This document shows positions 62,069 through 64,000 of a DNA stretch of 64,000 bases, in pieces; position 1 is the first letter of the stretch; every line of letters starts with the position of its first letter. This DNA comes from Dicyema japonicum (Eukaryota; Animalia; Dicyemida). The stretch is from NCBI GenBank assembly GCA_011109175.1, contig RDEW01000041.1, forward strand, positions 248,001-312,000. Reading direction: 5' to 3'. The translations under genes were made by a program, and so were the position numbers. The notes under the pieces are model-generated. The model was not told the origin of the DNA. It worked only from the letters and a program-made list of their open reading frames with translations, and searched no databases.

Positions 62069-63598
62069 TCAACTCCACCTGACAATTCGTATTCCTGCAG
62101 ACGGAAGGGTAACAAATAAGTTAGATTTAATGTCATTTTCGATATAATACTCTTTCACAACTTTCTTCATGAATTCATCCACCATTTTAGTCGGCACGAT
62201 GGAGACAGAACAACCTCCCCAACCAGCCCCCGTTAGTCGAGACCCCAATGCCCCAGCCTTTCTACAGATTAAATCAGATCTCCCACAAGCATTTTTTTAC
62301 GAGTTGATCGAGCATTGGACAGCTACAGTCGTACAGAACCGAACAGCTGTGGTGACTCTTGTTCATTAGGTCCCCAGTTTTGTTTGAATGGTAAGATCCT
62401 CGACTTCCTGAGCTGACTTTTGGCAAATCTCCACGAATTTTCTTACTCTCAGGGCCTCACCGTACACGTGGGTTGCCGTAAGTACAAGGAGAATTGTCTC
62501 ACTGGAAATTATATCACACAGCTACACCTGAGCGCACATTCGGGGACAAAATCTTATCCATAAGCACTTCTTCAGAAATCTCGAGTTCATTGGCAACCTC
62601 AGCACGTGTGTAATCGTTCATGTGGAGTATTTCCTCGACTTTCGATAGCATCTCCTCTAATGTGAGACCCAAAGATTGTTGCAAAGTGCCTAATTTGAGT
62701 ACTTTCCTCCACTCCAAGCCGGTTCTTTTAGCCATGATCTTGGAATTCCTCAAACTGGGGTACCATTGCTGCAAGCCGGCACTCACTGACACGGACGTTG
62801 AAGTGAGTTGTGGCAGCCTTGTTGAACTCTACACCAGAATTTGCCACCACAAAAGATATTCCTTTGGGAAGAGGTACTGAGGCGGTCTTCAGTGGGTCAA
62901 ATTCGATTGATAGAGCTGATCCTTCCAAGACAAGAAAGAAGCTGCCTGGTCCATTCCACCTCCCTGGGTACCGATCAGTCGCTCAAACACGGCACACAAT
63001 TCAGCCAACTCACTCTGCCCGTTAAAACTGAAAATTTACCGCTGATTTGTCTCCAGCTCCGAGCACGTGGTATACAACTACAGCAGAAGCGCAGACAAGG
63101 GCACTGGAACTCGAAAGACCGGCTGATGGAGGGATTATTCCGTCTACGAGAATCTTAAAATCACCAAAAATGTAAACATTTAGTCCATTCAGTTTCCTTT
63201 TAAGGTTGGAAGTCATCCCTATTATTCCGCAAAGCACATAGTTGTACCAAAAAGGCTCAGAGAGGATGATTAAAGGTTCAGAGGTGGAGAAATCGCTAAA
63301 TAATGTTGATTAATACGGATATTTATCGGTGTTGGTGTTAAAAATGTTGATTTGTGAGGATTTGTTGACAGAAACTGCAATCACAACGTCCTGCATAAGA
63401 GCCATTGGGCAAACTCCGTATCCGCAGTAGTCAATGTGTTCACCTAAAATGTTTTTATTGGTTACCTATAAGATTTACTCTGCCTGGGGCCCGGACAAAA
63501 AATGCTGGTTTGCAACCAAATCGGTTTTCAAATAGAACAGATAAAGAGGTAAGCCTTTGAGAATTTTTGCTATCGTAAATTGGAATAGACTGCGACAT
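62069..63598 (-). CDS. GALK2: Galactokinase 2 / N-acetylgalactosamine kinase (GHMP family)
   Basis: Motifs [57 protein letters not shown] and [12 protein letters not shown]. Micro-introns include 63444-65 (22 nt) and 63154-77 (24 nt). There are several 1-nt homopolymer frameshifts. Confidence 0.93.
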
Positions 63599-63789
63599 CG
63601 GTGGATTTAAAAATCTATTTATTTATTTTGATTTGGCTTGACTTAAAAAATATTTTTAAATAATTATCATTAAATTTTATTTACATTTTTACTATTTTTG
63701 ATAATAAATAGATTTACCATCTTGAAACTTGTCCGAAAATAAGTGACTCAGAATCAATACTACCACGTGGTTTACGAGTTTACCTTGCA

Positions 63790-64000
63790 AGGTTAAGATG
63801 TGGACACCATTAAAATCTCCGCTCATACTTTATAAATTGGTTTTCGCCTCTGATGCACCTCGTTTCATTTGACGAACGAGGACCACCCTCCCCATGGTCC
63901 TCGCCGGGAAGCTCCAAAATATTGGAAGACGCTTAAGATAGGAAGAGAATCTGGATGGACTACGAGAGCTTGCGTATGACAGGGAAAATGGAGGAAGATG
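63790..64000 (-). mobile_element. APE endonuclease fragment of a LINE, running off the window
   Basis: The minus strand contains GGWSSFV and SGDFNGVH, which are APE-like motifs. Confidence 0.4.

Noticed and set aside
11162-63598. Programmed ribosomal frameshifting in host genes (e.g. RTF2 CAA-T-AGA, POLRMT TCC-CCC-TAG)
   Set aside because: Most shifts are 1-nt losses in homopolymer runs. They also occur between near-identical TE copies (25092 versus 12790) and have no shared slippery motif. Long-read consensus error is the simpler explanation; short-read polishing would settle it.

Overview
This is a eukaryotic nuclear window, not a prokaryotic one. It is AT-rich and by eye more than half is transposable-element debris. 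Eight host genes sit between the elements: kinesin-14, RTF2, a LIV-1/ZIP7-13-type metal transporter, ATG5, a ZYG11/ZER1-like BC-box/LRR/ARM protein (plus a decayed paralog), RPS20, mitochondrial T7-like RNA polymerase (POLRMT) and GALK2. There is also a probable LAMTOR5. All but one of the introns I reconstructed by hand are GT-AG and only 20-26 nt long. That size range, together with an animal-type gene set, fits a highly reduced metazoan parasite such as a dicyemid mesozoan; this taxon call is inference. Mobile elements include several non-LTR families (APE-type 'family A', RTE-like 'family B', CRE-like, and an NeSL/R4-like restriction-endonuclease type), two pogo/Tigger elements, a Tc1/IS630-like element, hAT derivatives, and a tRNA-derived SINE that shares its 3' tail with the RTE LINE. 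Most frameshifts in host genes are single-base losses in homopolymer runs and look like long-read assembly errors. The most interesting leads are: three in-frame UAA/UAG codons confined to an otherwise conserved kinesin-14; a pogo transposase carrying a host-type 26-nt micro-intron; a SINE/LINE partner pair visible within the window; and a locally duplicated ZYG11-like E3 adaptor. Exon structures and alignments were done by eye from remembered family motifs; no database search was run.
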